Assembly (NCBI RefSeq): GCF_006345805.1
Contig: NC_043016.1
Span: 23,188,001-23,252,000, forward strand
Length of the DNA stretch: 64,000 nucleotides
Direction of reading: 5' to 3'
From: Octopus sinensis
Taxonomy: Eukaryota
Shown: positions 51,170 through 63,759 of the stretch, piece after piece
Position numbering within the stretch: the first letter of the stretch is position 1
Layout of the letters: each line of letters starts with the position of its first letter
Translations under genes and position numbers: made by a program
The notes under the pieces: model-generated
Told to the model about the DNA's origin: nothing
The model's input: only the letters and a program-made list of their open reading frames with translations
Databases searched by the model: none

Positions 51170-52096
51170 TACAGTTCTATATTTAAGAGATGAGAAAATA
51201 TGTACATTATTTACATTTGACAGTAATTTGTCCTCATCTTGTTTGTTGTTAACAAATTATTATTCAGGTCACTGCCTAGAATCGAACTCGGAATCTTGGG
51301 GTTAGTAGCCTGCGCTCTTAACCACTATGCCATATGCCCATGGAGTCATATTATGGAGTGAATTTTAGGGCTTATAACTCTAATATTCTCATATCCTTCC
51401 TTAATACCGGTTCCCATATGCTATCCATATCTGCACTCGGTCTGCTTAGGAGGTTGTTGCTGCTTCTTTTAGTTTTTGTATTTTCCAGTGGTGTTCTCTG
51501 TCTATTATTTTAACTGCATGTACTTCATCCCATGCAGCTGTGGAAGGTTATAAAAATGCAAAACATGCTGCACCCTCAAATAAGGGTAGACGAACATTGC
51601 AAAGCTATGACACGAGGAGGTATTGATAATTCGAGTATAGCTGATCATGTATGGAAAAATGGAGACCAACACTGGAAAATACGAAAACTAAAAGAAGCAG
51701 TACATATGCTAGGACACAACAACCTCCTAAGCAGACCAAGTGCAGATATGAGCAACATATGGGAACTGGTATTAAGGAAGGATAGAAAAATATTAGATTT
51801 GTAAGCCCTAAAATTCACTCCATAATTGCCCACAGGCATATGGCGTAAGCGCACGGGCTACTAACCCCAAGATTCCGAGTTCAATTCCAGGCAGTGACCT
51901 GAATAATAATAATAATGATAATGATAATAATAATAAGAACAACAACAACAACATCGAAAAATCCCTTAGGAATGAGAACTCAGGTTCGAAATTTCCCCAA
52001 GACACTTGATGAAGGCTGGAGGGTATATCAACCGAAACACTGTGTTAACAACAAACAAGATGAGGACAAATATCCGTCAAATGTAAATAATGTACA
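51170..52096. mobile_element. Penelope-like element: GIY-YIG fragment with inverted duplicate of its 3' end and tail
   Basis: YFIPCSCGRL...IRVDEHCKAMTRG...IADHVWKNGD...WKIRKLKEAVHMLGHNNLLSRPS on +. 51170-51511 is a reverse-complement copy of the same C-terminus and tail. Confidence 0.85.
51266..51338 (-). other. tRNA-like segment within the Penelope tail (not a tRNA gene)
   Basis: GGCATATGGCATAGTGGTTAAGAGCGCAGGCTACTAACCCCAAGATTCCGAGTTCGATTCTAGGCAGTGACC: A box TGGCATAGTGG, B box GAGTTCGATTC, loop CTACTAA. A deleted second copy lies at 51835-51901 (+). Confidence 0.65.
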
Positions 52097-52493
52097 TTGT
52101 GATTAGTTTTGGTAGATGGAAACTGAAAGAAGCCCATTGTGTGTGTGTGTGTTTGGACATTAACAACTTTTGCAATGCTTTTATCCAAAAAACTAGTCTG
52201 TGGTGAATTTAAATGACTGGACCCTACCCCTATAAATTCTGATTTCATTTTAAAGCAAAACTAAGAACACAAATCTTTAGCTTTCTAATGCATTTGTAAC
52301 ATGTTAAGCAAATTTCTTCTCACATAACATTGTTATTTAAGGAACTAAATATTCTCTGATACACAACTCCAATATATTGTACACAAGTGTGCTCACTCTT
52401 GCTTTTGTAGGCAATAGTTGTCATAATTGTTGATGATGATGAAGGTTAATGATTTGAATAAAAGATAAAATTAAATAAGTATTAAAACTTATA

Positions 52494-52655
52494 GTGGCTG
52501 TGTGGTAAGTAGCTTGTTTACAAACCACATGGTTCCAGGTTCAGTCCCACTGTGTGGCACCTTGGGCAAGTGTCTTCTACTATAGCCTCAGGCCGACCAA
52601 AGCCTTGTGAGTGGATTTGGTACACGGAAACTGAAAGAAGCCTGTCGTATATATC

Positions 52656-52692
<37 letters not shown>

Positions 52693-52900
52693 ATATGTTT
52701 CTGTGTCTCTGTTTGTCCATCCAGCATCACTTGACAACTGATGCTGGTGTGTTTACATCCCTGTAACTTAGCGGTTTGGCAAAAGAGACTGATAGAATAA
52801 GTACTAGGCTTAGAAAGAATAAGTCCTGATGTCGATTTACTCGACTAAAGGCGGTGCTCCAGCATGGCCACAGTCAAATGACTGAAACACATAAAAGAGA
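52494..52900 (+). mobile_element. SINE family A copy
   Basis: Homology to 18291-18669. Confidence 0.85.
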
Positions 52901-54719
52901 AATAGTTTTTAAGCGAATTAAATAGCCAGATGAGAAGAAAATCAAGAAGGTTTTAACACTGGAAATCTTCAATGTACACAATGTTAGTGATATTGTCAAC
53001 ATGGTTGCTATATCAACACCAATCTGTGCAGTTCTTGGCAGATTTATATATAATTCTGTGAGAAGATGTCTAAAACAGTAATGGAAAGAATACAAATTTA
53101 AGACCAGTTTAAATAAACTTGAGAGATATTTAAGATAAAAGCTGTCAAAACACTATAGTCAGCTCAGAGCACCCTCTATTGACTGATGGATGTATTTTGA
53201 ACTCATGAGTTCTCTTCAGCACCAGATATCAAGATACCAGCCTAAGCTGACCAGAAAGTAAAGCTTTCTTGATTGTAAATCAGTCAATATTGATTATAGT
53301 CAATAATAGTGACTGCCAGATCAGAACAATTTTGTGAGAAGGTGCACAAAGCAGTGATAGAAAGAGTACAAACACACATTATGATCATGGTGATTTTATG
53401 TATTGTCATATTTTATGTATTGTCATATTTTATGTATTGTCACATGCCAAAGTAGGCTAAATACAGTTAAGCTGGTTACACAGATGTGTTTCCATATCTA
53501 TTTACAGAATATTGACTCCTAGGTATTAATTTACTAATTAGATTATTAATAAATAAATAATAATAATAAATTAACCATAAGTAAATAATATTAGTGAATT
53601 GTAATTCAACACCTGAGGTATTAATAATCAGTATACTTGAAAATTATGAAGAAAAAAATAACACACATGATGAAAAAAAGAGTCTTTCAACGGGAATTTC
53701 TTTCTAAAACGAGGCTAAACTTTGTTTCTCATAGAGAAGACTGCTACCCTTAACAATACTAGTTGAATTGTGACTTGGGGAAAGGTGAGAATATCTGCAG
53801 GACAGAACTTTAATAGTTAAAGTATTTTGAGTATGAGCAAAACATTAATTAACAAGCCAGCTGTTCATAAAAAAAAATAAATACAGTAAGAACTGAAGTA
53901 AGAACTACTGCAATAAAACATGAGCAGAACCACTGAACCAAAATTAATAGCTTGGAAGCCCTTGAAAAAGTGGCACCTATAGCAGTATGCAAATTATATG
54001 ACAGGTCAATTTGGTTTTCACTCCCCACCCCACTTCTTGCATACTTTAACCCTTCGTCTCCTAGCATAAAGTTTTCTTTCATTAGGTTTGTAGTCTTGCA
54101 AGCTGCATGCCAATCTCATTAGTGCTGATGGCATGAAAAAAAGACAAGACAAGACACCCAGTACATGCTGTAAAGTGGTTGGCATTAGGAAGAGTGTAAA
54201 GCTGTGGAAACAATGCCAAAGTAGACATTGGAGCACAATGCAGTCCATTGATACATCAGATCCTGTTGAACTGTCTAACCCATGCCAGCACGAAAAATGG
54301 ACGTTAAATGATGATGATGATGACAACGATATATATATATATATATCAATATCTAACACTCCATACATACACATACGGTTATGTGGTTTGCTTCCCAACC
54401 ACTTAGTTCTGGGGTCAGTCCCACTGCACGACAACTTGGTCAAGTGTCTTCTATTACAGCATAAGGCCAACTAAAACCTTGCGAACAGTTTTGGCAGATG
54501 GAACCTGAAAGCCTACTGTATATGTATGTTTGTGTCTGTTTTCGATCCCTCCACCATCGTCACTTGACAACTGGTGTTGGTGTGTTTGCATCCCTGTAAC
54601 CTTTTTTTTTTTTGTCAAAAGATACTGGTAAAATAAGAACTAGGCTAAAAAAAATAAACACTGAGGTCAATTCATTTGACAGAAATAAATAATACACACA
54701 CAGTGCATATGTGTGATTG

Positions 54720-54767
<48 letters not shown>

Positions 54768-55481
54768 ATACTCATATCAGGCATGAGAATACTTTATGCC
54801 ATGTTGATATAGTTTATTAAACTATTAGACAAAAAGGTGAACTACAAATTTTATTGAGATTGAGTCACAACTGTGCAATCCACTCATCAGGTATACAAAA
54901 CTTTTTAATGATAATTGGGTGGGGTGGGGTCAGTAGAATAGAGGTAGTATTATGTTTGTATTGTGAATATTGTGAAATGTGGGTGTGAAGTTTGGTAATC
55001 ATTTGACAGATTTATCTCCCTTTGAATGCTGATGGGAAGTGATGCCTATCACATATTAATTACTTGTCAACCTCGTAGGAAAACTGTTTATTTTGGAAAA
55101 TATTTGCCAAATCTCTTTCAAACCATACCCTATTATACAGAAATATATAGGCTATTATACAGAAATATATAGGCAGTGTAGAAAGAGAGGAACAGTATCC
55201 CAATACCCTACTTTATATTAACTATATAGGCGGTATAGAAGATTAGAATGTCGAAATAGTAGTTGTACCAATCTTTCTGGAATGGTGAAAGTGAAAGAGA
55301 CAGAGTAAGGGACAAACAAGAAAGATAGATAGATAGATAGAAAAATAGATATAGGGGTGAATAGAGTGAGAGTGGTGATAGAGGTGATATGTCTGTGAAA
55401 CTTATAACATAAAACTGTTTCTTTTTCTCTTTTTTTTCCTTCTGGCATATTGGAATAAAGATAGAGATTAAGACACAATCA

Positions 55482-55577
55482 AGAGAGAGAGAGAGAGAGA
55501 GAAGAGAGGAGAGAGAGAAGAAGAGAAAGAGAGAGAGAGAACGAGAGAGAGAGAAAAGACGAGAGAGAGGAGAGAGG

Positions 55578-55625
<48 letters not shown>

Positions 55626-55660
55626 AGAGGAGAGAGAGAGAGTGAGAGAGAAGAGAGAGA
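55482..55660. repeat. (GA)-rich microsatellite
   Basis: Seen directly. Confidence 0.9.
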
Positions 55661-55684
55661 CATGCTCAATATAGAATCACGTAC

Positions 55685-55912
55685 TTAACCCTTTAGTGTT
55701 CGCATTACTCTACCAAAATCAATACTTTTCATCCTCTTTGCTTTGAACTAATCATGCATTATCTTGGAGCTATGAGATTTTGATGAGGTAGCTGTTAATT
55801 TTTAAAACGATATTGTAGGGTTGGTGTGAGAGACCAGATCTCGCCAGTTTGAACATAGAACAGGAAGAATACTTTTGGCCGGTTATGGCCGGTTTAAATG
55901 CTAAAGGGTTAA
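55685..55912. mobile_element. piggyBac-type MITE, complete (220 bp between TTAA sites)
   Basis: TTAA-CCCTTTAG...CTAAAGGG-TTAA: TTAA target duplication and terminal inverted repeats. Confidence 0.85.
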
Positions 55913-56402
55913 GGAAGTGTAAAAAGCAACATATATTCACAACTTTTTTTTATTCTCTTTCCCTTACTTTAGTCATATTTTTTTGAAGTCTTTCCACTTC
56001 TGTATTTTTTTTATATTCATTCACCTTTACTACTTTGAAGTACACAAGGTAAAAAAAAAAAAAAGAAAACACCCCCCCTGCCAAACCCCTCCTCACCTTC
56101 TAACAATATCATATGTAATGAGGTAGGTACATTATAATATATATACCTTAAATGTAGCACTAAAATTTGTATGTAATACCAGCCCCAATACAGTAATTCC
56201 TGTTTTATCCTTTAGCTTTCCTCTTATTCTAATTTCCCTTTCAACCCCTACCTTTGCCCAGCTTTTCTTTCTCTTTTCCCACCCTCTCTCATCAAGTTTT
56301 GTCTCCCACTACTTCTCTCCATATGAACTCTTATATTGTTTTGCATTCTCTATCATTTGCTTCCAGTTGCTCAGACAGAGTGAGCTTAAACACACTTGTC
56401 TT

Positions 56403-56779
56403 ACTCTCTCTTTTACTTGCTTCAGTCATTTGACTGCGGCCATGCTGGAGCACCGCCTTTAGTCGAACAAATCGACCCCGGGACTTATTCTTTGTAAGCC
56501 CAGTACTTATTCTATCGGTGTCTTTTGCCGAACCGCTAAGTTATGGGGACGTAAACACACCAGCATCAGTTGTCAAGCAATGCTAGGGGGACAAACACAG
56601 ACACACAAACATATACATATATACCACAGGCTTCTTTCAGTTTCCGTCTACCAAATCCACTCACAAGACATTGGTAGGCTATAGCAGAAGACACTTGCCC
56701 AAGATGCCATGCAGTGGGACTGAACCCGGAACCATGTGGTTGGTAAGCAAGCTACTTACCACACAGCCACTCCTGCGTC
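56403..56779 (-). mobile_element. SINE family A, young full-length copy
   Basis: Near-consensus, with CpGs retained. Confidence 0.9.
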
Positions 56780-56901
56780 TTCAGTACTTGAAAAAAAAAA
56801 AAAACCCTTTTATCTTAATCTTTAAGATGGATTTTGTCTAACATGTCTATTACTCTACTCCCAACAGCATATTTGCTTAACTTTTACAGTTATTTTTGCC
56901 A

Positions 56902-57126
56902 TTAACTGTTCATCATTTAAATCGTCCATATCAAGCCCAAATATTCTATCTGTTTTATATTCAAACTGGTAAGACCTAACCTCTCATACCAACTCTACAA
57001 TGTCATTCCAAAAATAAACAATCACATTATCAAAATCTCAAGGCTATGAAATAATACAATTAATTCAAAACAATGTGAATAAATAAGCATTGCATTGGAC
57101 AAAATAATCCGAATGCTAAAGTGTTA
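56902..57126. mobile_element. Diverged piggyBac-type MITE, inverted relative to 55685-55912
   Basis: ttaactgttcatcatttaaatc...gaatgctaaagtgttaa. Confidence 0.65.
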
Positions 57127-57257
57127 AAAACAAATGTTGTTGAAGTGAATCCCTACTAGTCTTCTTGGATTATCTTTGCTTTGTTTTTTTCTTTTGATTC
57201 AACATCCTGGCTTCCACCTACTAAACACACCTAAAACAAATAGTGAAAGCCTAGCAC

Positions 57258-57850
57258 GTGTCTTGGCATCACTCAGCAAGACTTTTGTTAGCCGCTCTCC
57301 AGCCATCTATTTAAAACTGTATACAGCTATGGTACGACCACACTTGGAATTTGCATCATCAGTTTGGAACCCCTATCTTGCTCAGAACATTGACCTCCTG
57401 GAATTGGTTCAGAGACGTGCAACCAAACGCATACCCTCCATCAGACACCTACCATATTCTGAGCGCCTTGTTTCCCTGGGCATGGATTCACTGAAGCTCC
57501 GGCGTCTGGCGACTGACTTGGTAAACGCCCACAAAGTTGTCAACCACCTCACCAACAACAACACTGAACACCTTTTTGATCTCCATGTGTCTAACACACG
57601 TGGACATGCCTACAAAGTCAGAAAACAACACAGCTCCCATGACTTTCGGAAACATTTTTTCACGCTCAGAGTTGCTGAAGCATGGAATAAACTGCCTGCG
57701 TCAGTTGTTGACTGCCATGACACTGCATCCTTTAAGGCCCTCATGCTTTCCGAAATCCGCCGAAACTACACCTGATTATATATGCACTTTAGATGAGTTG
57801 TAGTGCACCTGAGCACTGTACACAATGTTTATTATTATTTATTATTATTA
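57258..57850 (+). mobile_element. 5'-truncated CR1-clade LINE 3' end, antisense in an OCIAD1 intron
   Basis: Uninterrupted frame LY.AMVRPHLEFASSVWNPY...LELVQRRATK...YSERL...LRRL..DL...TRGH..K...RKHFFTLRV..AWNKLP; 3' hairpin AGTGC-acctga-GCACT; (TTA)n tail. Confidence 0.92.
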
Positions 57851-58046
57851 TGTTACCAAGCCATACACATTTATAGGTGATGGCTTTTGGCTCTTTCTAC
57901 TGCTATACCTTCAACCTTTCAAGTGATCAATATTGAACTGTATTTTAATTACTGGGGAGGAGGAAAAAGGGGAAATGAACTAAAATAATCAAGAAAAGTA
58001 AATTTTAAATAATGAAGCAATTATTTAAGGGGAAAGAGAAAATTAC

Positions 58047-58170
58047 CTGCCTCCTGAGAAACGTTGTCGAAGAGTTTCAGCAAGCTTGCTGTTAGGGAGA
58101 GATAAAATTTTTTTCCTACATTCATTTTGATAAGATAATTTGCCAAGAATATAACCTGCTAAACCAGCAC
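58047..58170 (-). CDS. OCIAD1: OCIAD1 coding exon, OCIA domain C-half: (G)AGLAGYILGKLSYQNECRKKILSLPNSKLAETLRQRFSGG(S)
   Basis: Acceptor ttctctttcattccag, donor CAG|gtaatt; 124 nt, phase 1 to 2. Parallels human ACIMGYFAGKLSYVKTCQEKFKKLENSPLGEALR (recalled). Confidence 0.93.
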
Positions 58171-58524
58171 CTGGAATGAAAGAGAATTAAAATGGTCAGC
58201 AAAATGGTTGGAAAGAGAATTAAGATAGTTGGCAACAAGAAGTCAGTAAATGGAGCTATTTCTATAAAGCTAAAGAAGGCAATTTAAGACAGCCAAAACA
58301 GTAGTTCTCATATTGACAAATAAGATCCATCTCCCACACATAAATACTACAGAAATTTTTTTGTCTTTTTCTCTTTAATAATGAGAAGACAAAATAGAGT
58401 TTTCATTCATATAATTCTTTGTACAGGTTCATTTTCTCAAAAATAGAGTTTAAAAAGTCCCAAATATGGAAGTTTGTTGCCCTCCACCCTATCTTTAATT
58501 TATACAGCTCAGTCCTATGAGAAA

Positions 58525-58810
58525 CATCATCATCATCATCATCGTTTAACGTCCGTTTTCCATGCTAGCATGGGTTGGATGGTTCAACTGGGGTCTGGGA
58601 AGCCAGAAGGCTGCGCCAGGCCCAGTCTGATCTGGCAGTGTTTCTACAGCTTGATGCCCTTCCTAATGCCAACCACTCCGTGAGTGTAGTGGGTACTTTT
58701 TACGTGCCACCTGCACAGGTGCCAGACGAGGCTGGCAAACGGCTATGATCAGATGGTGCTTTTTACGTGCCACCGGCACGGGGGCCAGACGAGGCTGGCA
58801 ACGGCCACAA
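58525..58810 (-). mobile_element. RTE 3' tail copy
   Basis: Same block as 19770-20055. Confidence 0.85.
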
Positions 58811-59195
58811 CATTGGTTTAAAAAATTTCTCAGGCTAATAAACTCATCCTCTGCATGTCTAATTTCATGCACGGCAGTGTGATTGACAATTTGACTTCCC
58901 AACTACGTGGTTTCAGGTTCAGCCCCACTGTATGGCATCTTAGGCAAGTGTCTTCTGGTAGATGTCCAAAGCTTTGTGGGATTAGGTAGATGGAAACTAA
59001 AAGAAGGCTATATGAGTGAAAATAAGGCTATTATTTTAAACCAGACTTTGCTTGCATTTCAACTTTACAAGCATTAAACTTATACCATATTTCATATTCT
59101 TCAAACTTTGTTCCCTTGTTCTGTTTAGCCTTTTTAACATAAATGTGTATTAAGAAAAAGAGAAAAGAAAAAAAAAACAAAACAAAACAACATAC

Positions 59196-59243
59196 CTATA
59201 TTTTTTAAAGTTGCTCCAAATTTTGGATGTGGTTTAAGATATC
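59196..59243 (-). CDS. OCIAD1: OCIAD1 48-nt coding exon, OCIA domain: (G)YLKPHPKFGATLKNI(G)
   Basis: Acceptor ttctatctttcag, donor TAG|gtatgt; phase 1-1. Parallels human GILSSHPKYGSIPKLI (recalled). The upstream exons probably lie beyond the window end. Confidence 0.92.
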
Positions 59244-60395
59244 CTGAAAGATAGAATTATTCATAGGTTAAGATATAAACGAAACAAAATATTGGCTAAA
59301 TAAAACAAATCATACACACACACACACACTGATATGTGTGTTTATGTATATATGATATATCTTTATCTTGTCCAATGGACGGTGCTGAGTTGTCAAACAT
59401 TTAAACCAAATTTTCTCAAAACAACTTGTCTGACCGTCCCATTGGCCTTCCCTTTGAGAAACACTGATTTAACCTAAATTTGAGACACCGTGCTAAGCAT
59501 TTTGCCCAGTGTGCTAATGATTCTGCTACCTCACTGCCTTTATATATATATATTAGCATCATCATCATTTAACATTCATGTTTCATGCTAACTTGGATTG
59601 GATGGTTTGACAAGGATCTGATAGGTCCAAAGACTGCATTGTGCTCCAGTGTCTTCCTTGGCATGGTTTCTACAGATGGATGCCCCTCCTGACATTAACC
59701 ACTTGGTGCTATTTTATGTGCCACTGGCAACAGTGAGGCTATCATGCAGTGTGCAAGTCTAGAAAATCTGAGGAGGTGGGTTGAATCCTTATGTAAGATG
59801 CAGGTCAAGATATGAGAGAAGAGGTTGGGGTTAGAGCAGGTATTCATTGTTAAGGGGCTACATGGCCATTCATATTTAGAGGAGAGAATGAGAATGAATT
59901 GATGGTATTTCAAAGAGATATGTAGGGATGATGAGGTAGGGAAGAGGGCAATATGAAGAGAGGATTGATTAAGTGAAGTGCCTACATTGCTAGACATCCT
60001 GGTGTTTTGTCATTTCTTCAGTGAAGCTGTTTGTTATCTAATAGACTAGAGGATTATTACCTTGCTTAGTGAGGGTTGATAAGAAAAAAGGCACATCTGG
60101 CCATAGAAAATCTGAATCAACAAATTCCATTTGATCTCTATGCAAGCAAAGAAAAGTAGAAAGTAAAATGTTGATGAAGATGGATTGATTTTTCTCTCAT
60201 CATAAAGTAAATATTAGTTTCAAATTTTAGCACAAGGCCAGCAAATTTAGGATAAGTCAATTACATTGACCACAGTACTCTACTGGTACTTATTTAATTG
60301 ACCCCCATAAAGATGAAAGACAAAGTCAACCGAGGTGCAATTTGAACTCAGAATGTAAAGGTGGACAAAATGATGTTAAACACCTTGCCCGGCAT

Positions 60396-60777
60396 AGATG
60401 TAGGAGTGGCTGTGTGGTAAGTTGCTTGCTTATGAACCACATGGTTCCGGGTTCAGTCCCGCTGCATGGTACTTTGGGCAAGTGTCTTCTACTATAGCCT
60501 CGAGCCAACCAAAGCCTTGTGAGTGGATTTAGTAGACAGAAACTGAAAGAAGCTCGTCTTATATATGTATGTGTGTGTGTATACGTTTGTGTTTCTGTGT
60601 TTGTCTCCCCAACATCGCTTGACAACCGATGCTGGTGTATTTATGTCCCTGTAACTTAGTGGTTCGGCAAAAGAGACTGATAGAATAAGTACAAGGCTTC
60701 CAAAGAAAAGTCCTGGGGCCGATTTGCTCCAGCACGGCCACAGTCAAATGACTGAAACAAGTAAGAGAGTAAAAGAG
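60396..60777 (+). mobile_element. SINE family A nested in a SINE D copy
   Basis: The host SINE D sequence resumes at 60778 (gcatgctaatgattctgccagctc); GCAT on both sides. Confidence 0.88.
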
Positions 60778-62574
60778 CATGCTAATGATTCTGCCAGCTC
60801 ACTACCTTTTCATAAACTAAAATATTACCAATTCAAACATATAAGAGCATACAATTTATTTGCTGAAGCTTTCTGTTCACGCATTACTAACTGCTAAGTT
60901 AGTATATAACTTGGTTTTGCAATATCTGCACAAACCTTACAAAACCCTCTGCTAAAAGAAAACTCTTAAAATGTTTTCACAAGCATGTGTAGCCTAACAT
61001 TTGAGGATGGGAGACATGGTCTTAATGTCATACGCGGACTAGGTGGTACATTGTATCTTTGAGCAAAGCATTTTGCTTCACATTGCCCTCTTCCCTACCT
61101 TATCTTCAGCTTTATTTGTTTTGTTTTAAAAAAAGTAAAACAAAAACGACAGAGAAACTACTTGTTAAATTAAAATGGGACCATGATTGAATAGCTATAC
61201 GTCTGCAGTTTTGAAATACGTAAAACGTGTAGATGTATAAGTCGATAAAATTTTTTCTTCATACTATGTATTATTCTATACATATGAATGCTTCAGCTTA
61301 TTTGAAAAGGATGTCGTAATTGTTTGGTACAAATTATGCTCAAAGAGAAATGTATTGATATTAAATTTTCTCAAAACATCAACTTGGGCAGAATAGTGGA
61401 GATATGGCAGCATCGTTGTTATTTTAACGACCACTTTTCCATGCTCATATGGATCAGATGAAATTTGCTGAGTTAAATTTTCTACAGCAGAATGATTTTC
61501 TTTCCACCAACTCTCACTTACTTCCATGTGAAGTATTTTAACCCTATGGCTGGGCATGCTTTCACAAAAGATTGGAAAGAATATTCATAGTATAACATTG
61601 ACGTTTGATTACAACTATCCCGCAAGGTCAAGACAAGGAGATACAAACACACATATACATGTGTATTATCTGATGGACTGCTTTCAGCTTCCGTCAACTA
61701 AATCCACTCACAAGATGCCATACAGTGGGATTGAACCTGAGAGCAAATGTTTGAGAAATAAACTTCTTAACGATACAGCTATGCCTCTTATATAAAACAT
61801 AATTATTGTAAATGATGTTTTTAATAACTTCTTTGACCATCAACATACACCTTCAAAGTCATGCCCTAATTTACAGCCACTGAACAAAAGCAGTTGAAAT
61901 GGAGTTCCTCTGAAGGATCTCTGGACAAATGTTACTCAATAGGATGCTTAACTCAGGGTACTTCTCTAAGTTGAGCCACTTCTTCTCTACTTTGAGAGGT
62001 CACAGCCCTGGTACTACAGAGGTGATTAGAATTTTGAAGCCAAGACAATCAGCAGGTGACCTATGGGTAGACCAAGAATGAGACAGTTGAATAATAAATA
62101 TCCATAGTTTTGATTAGACTTGGGAAGCCAGCTGGTAAATGTAATGATGGTTGCTTCTGGTAAGACCTTTTGGAGAAGGTGCATGAGGACTCTATCTTCA
62201 TAACCCTTTTAGGAATAGTGGGCATAGAAAATAAATGGATGGATGGAATCTTTTCTCCATTTAGTTCAAACTTAATTAATAATCCACATGATAATTTTAT
62301 CACCAAATATTCCAATAAGAATTTTAACCTATATCCAATTTTTTAAAAAACTTTGGGTTCTAGTTTAGAGTTTATAAAGGAGTTGAATTTACAATCATAC
62401 AACAAAATATAATCAGTGAAGCCTAAATTACATACATTTCAGTGAATATAGGTTATTCTAAAAACCAATGTTTCATTCATTCAACATTTCTGATTGCCAT
62501 AAGTTAGCGTTATTAGTTAGAGTCTATGATCAAAATATAGATGTCACTAAATGCAACATCAATATTTTGTGACT

Positions 62575-62900
62575 GAAGGTGCATGGCTTAGTGGTTAGGG
62601 TATTTGGCTCACAACTGTAAGGTTGTGAGCTTGATTCCCAGTGGCATGTTATGTCCTTGAATTAAATACTTTATACCCTATTGCCATAATCCACTCAGCT
62701 GGCAAAATAGAGTAGTACCATGTATTTCAAAGGGCCAGCCTTGTTACATTCTGTGCGATGCTGAATCTCTCTGAGAACTATGTTATGGGTATGTGTATCT
62801 ATCAGTGCTCAGCCACTTCCATGTTAATTTCAAGAGCAGACTGTTCTGTTGATTGGATCAACTGGAACCCTTGTTGTCGTAACTGGCAGAGTGCCAGCTT
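62575..62900 (+). mobile_element. SINE family C-like copy, diverged
   Basis: Head gaaggtgcatggcttagtggttaggg resembles the 23323 head. Confidence 0.6.
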
Positions 62901-63385
62901 GTATTTTGGGTAATCGTAAGTACATTTGTTATGTAAGTGTAAAGCAGTGAGTTGGTAGAACTGTTAGCAAAGTTTCTTCCAACTCTTTATGTTTTGAGTT
63001 CAAATGTTGCCAAGGTCAACTTTGTCTTTTACCCCTTTTACCCCTACAAGGTTGATAAAATAAAGTACTGACCAAGTAATCGACTTGCCCACCCACCCAC
63101 CCATCAAAATTACTAGCCTTCATACCTTGCAACAGACTGGCAACCTGTTTTGGAGGAATGTTGTGATCTTGGTCACTTATATACCATAGAAACCAAGTAA
63201 CTGGCCCTAGGAGTCCTTGGGCTTCAGACAAAAAAAAATACATATATATAAATGTATTTAAATCCACAATTTCTAATTGCCCTACAATACACAGTTTATT
63301 CAATATATTTAAAAGAACATGTTAAGACAGCGAGCTGGAAGAATCATTAGCATGCCAGGTGAAATGCTTAGCTACGTTCAGTCAG

Positions 63386-63759
63386 TTTTTACTCTTACTT
63401 GTTTCAGTCATTTGACTGTGGCCATGTTGGAGCACTGCCTTTAGTCGAGCAAATCAACCCCAGGATTTATTCTTTGTAAGCCTAGTACTTATTCTATCGG
63501 TCTCTTTTGCCAAATTGCTAAGCTACGGGGACGTAAACACAACAGCATTGGTTGTCAAGTGATGCTGGGGGGGACAAACACAAACACACACATACATATA
63601 TATGATGGGCTTCTTTCAGTTTCCATCTACCAAATCCACTCACAAGGCTTTGGTCGGCCTGAGGCTATAGTAGAAGACACTTGCCCAAGGTGCCACACAG
63701 TGTGACTGAACCTGGAACCATGTGGTTGGTAAGCAAGCTACTTACCACACAGCCACTCT
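63386..63759 (-). mobile_element. SINE family A nested in a SINE D copy
   Basis: Host halves at 63325-63385 and 63760-63900. Confidence 0.85.

Noticed and set aside
51266-51338. tRNA-Ser gene
   Set aside because: No long variable arm, poor acceptor stem, embedded in a Penelope tail with a deleted twin; treated as tRNA-like only. The SINE heads at 23323 and 62575 were rejected likewise.
52874-53095. Minus ORF after a ttttag acceptor in the OCIAD1 intron
   Set aside because: No donor, no similarity to OCIAD1, and it runs into a SINE.
53392-53443. Short direct repeats (17-bp x3 here; 24-bp x2 at 23655-23700; 22-bp x2 at 55131-55173)
   Set aside because: Ordinary slippage duplications in AT-rich DNA with no associated feature.
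57176-57775. 199-aa ORF as a host gene
   Set aside because: CR1 LINE C-terminus, 5'-truncated, with an unrelated upstream start.
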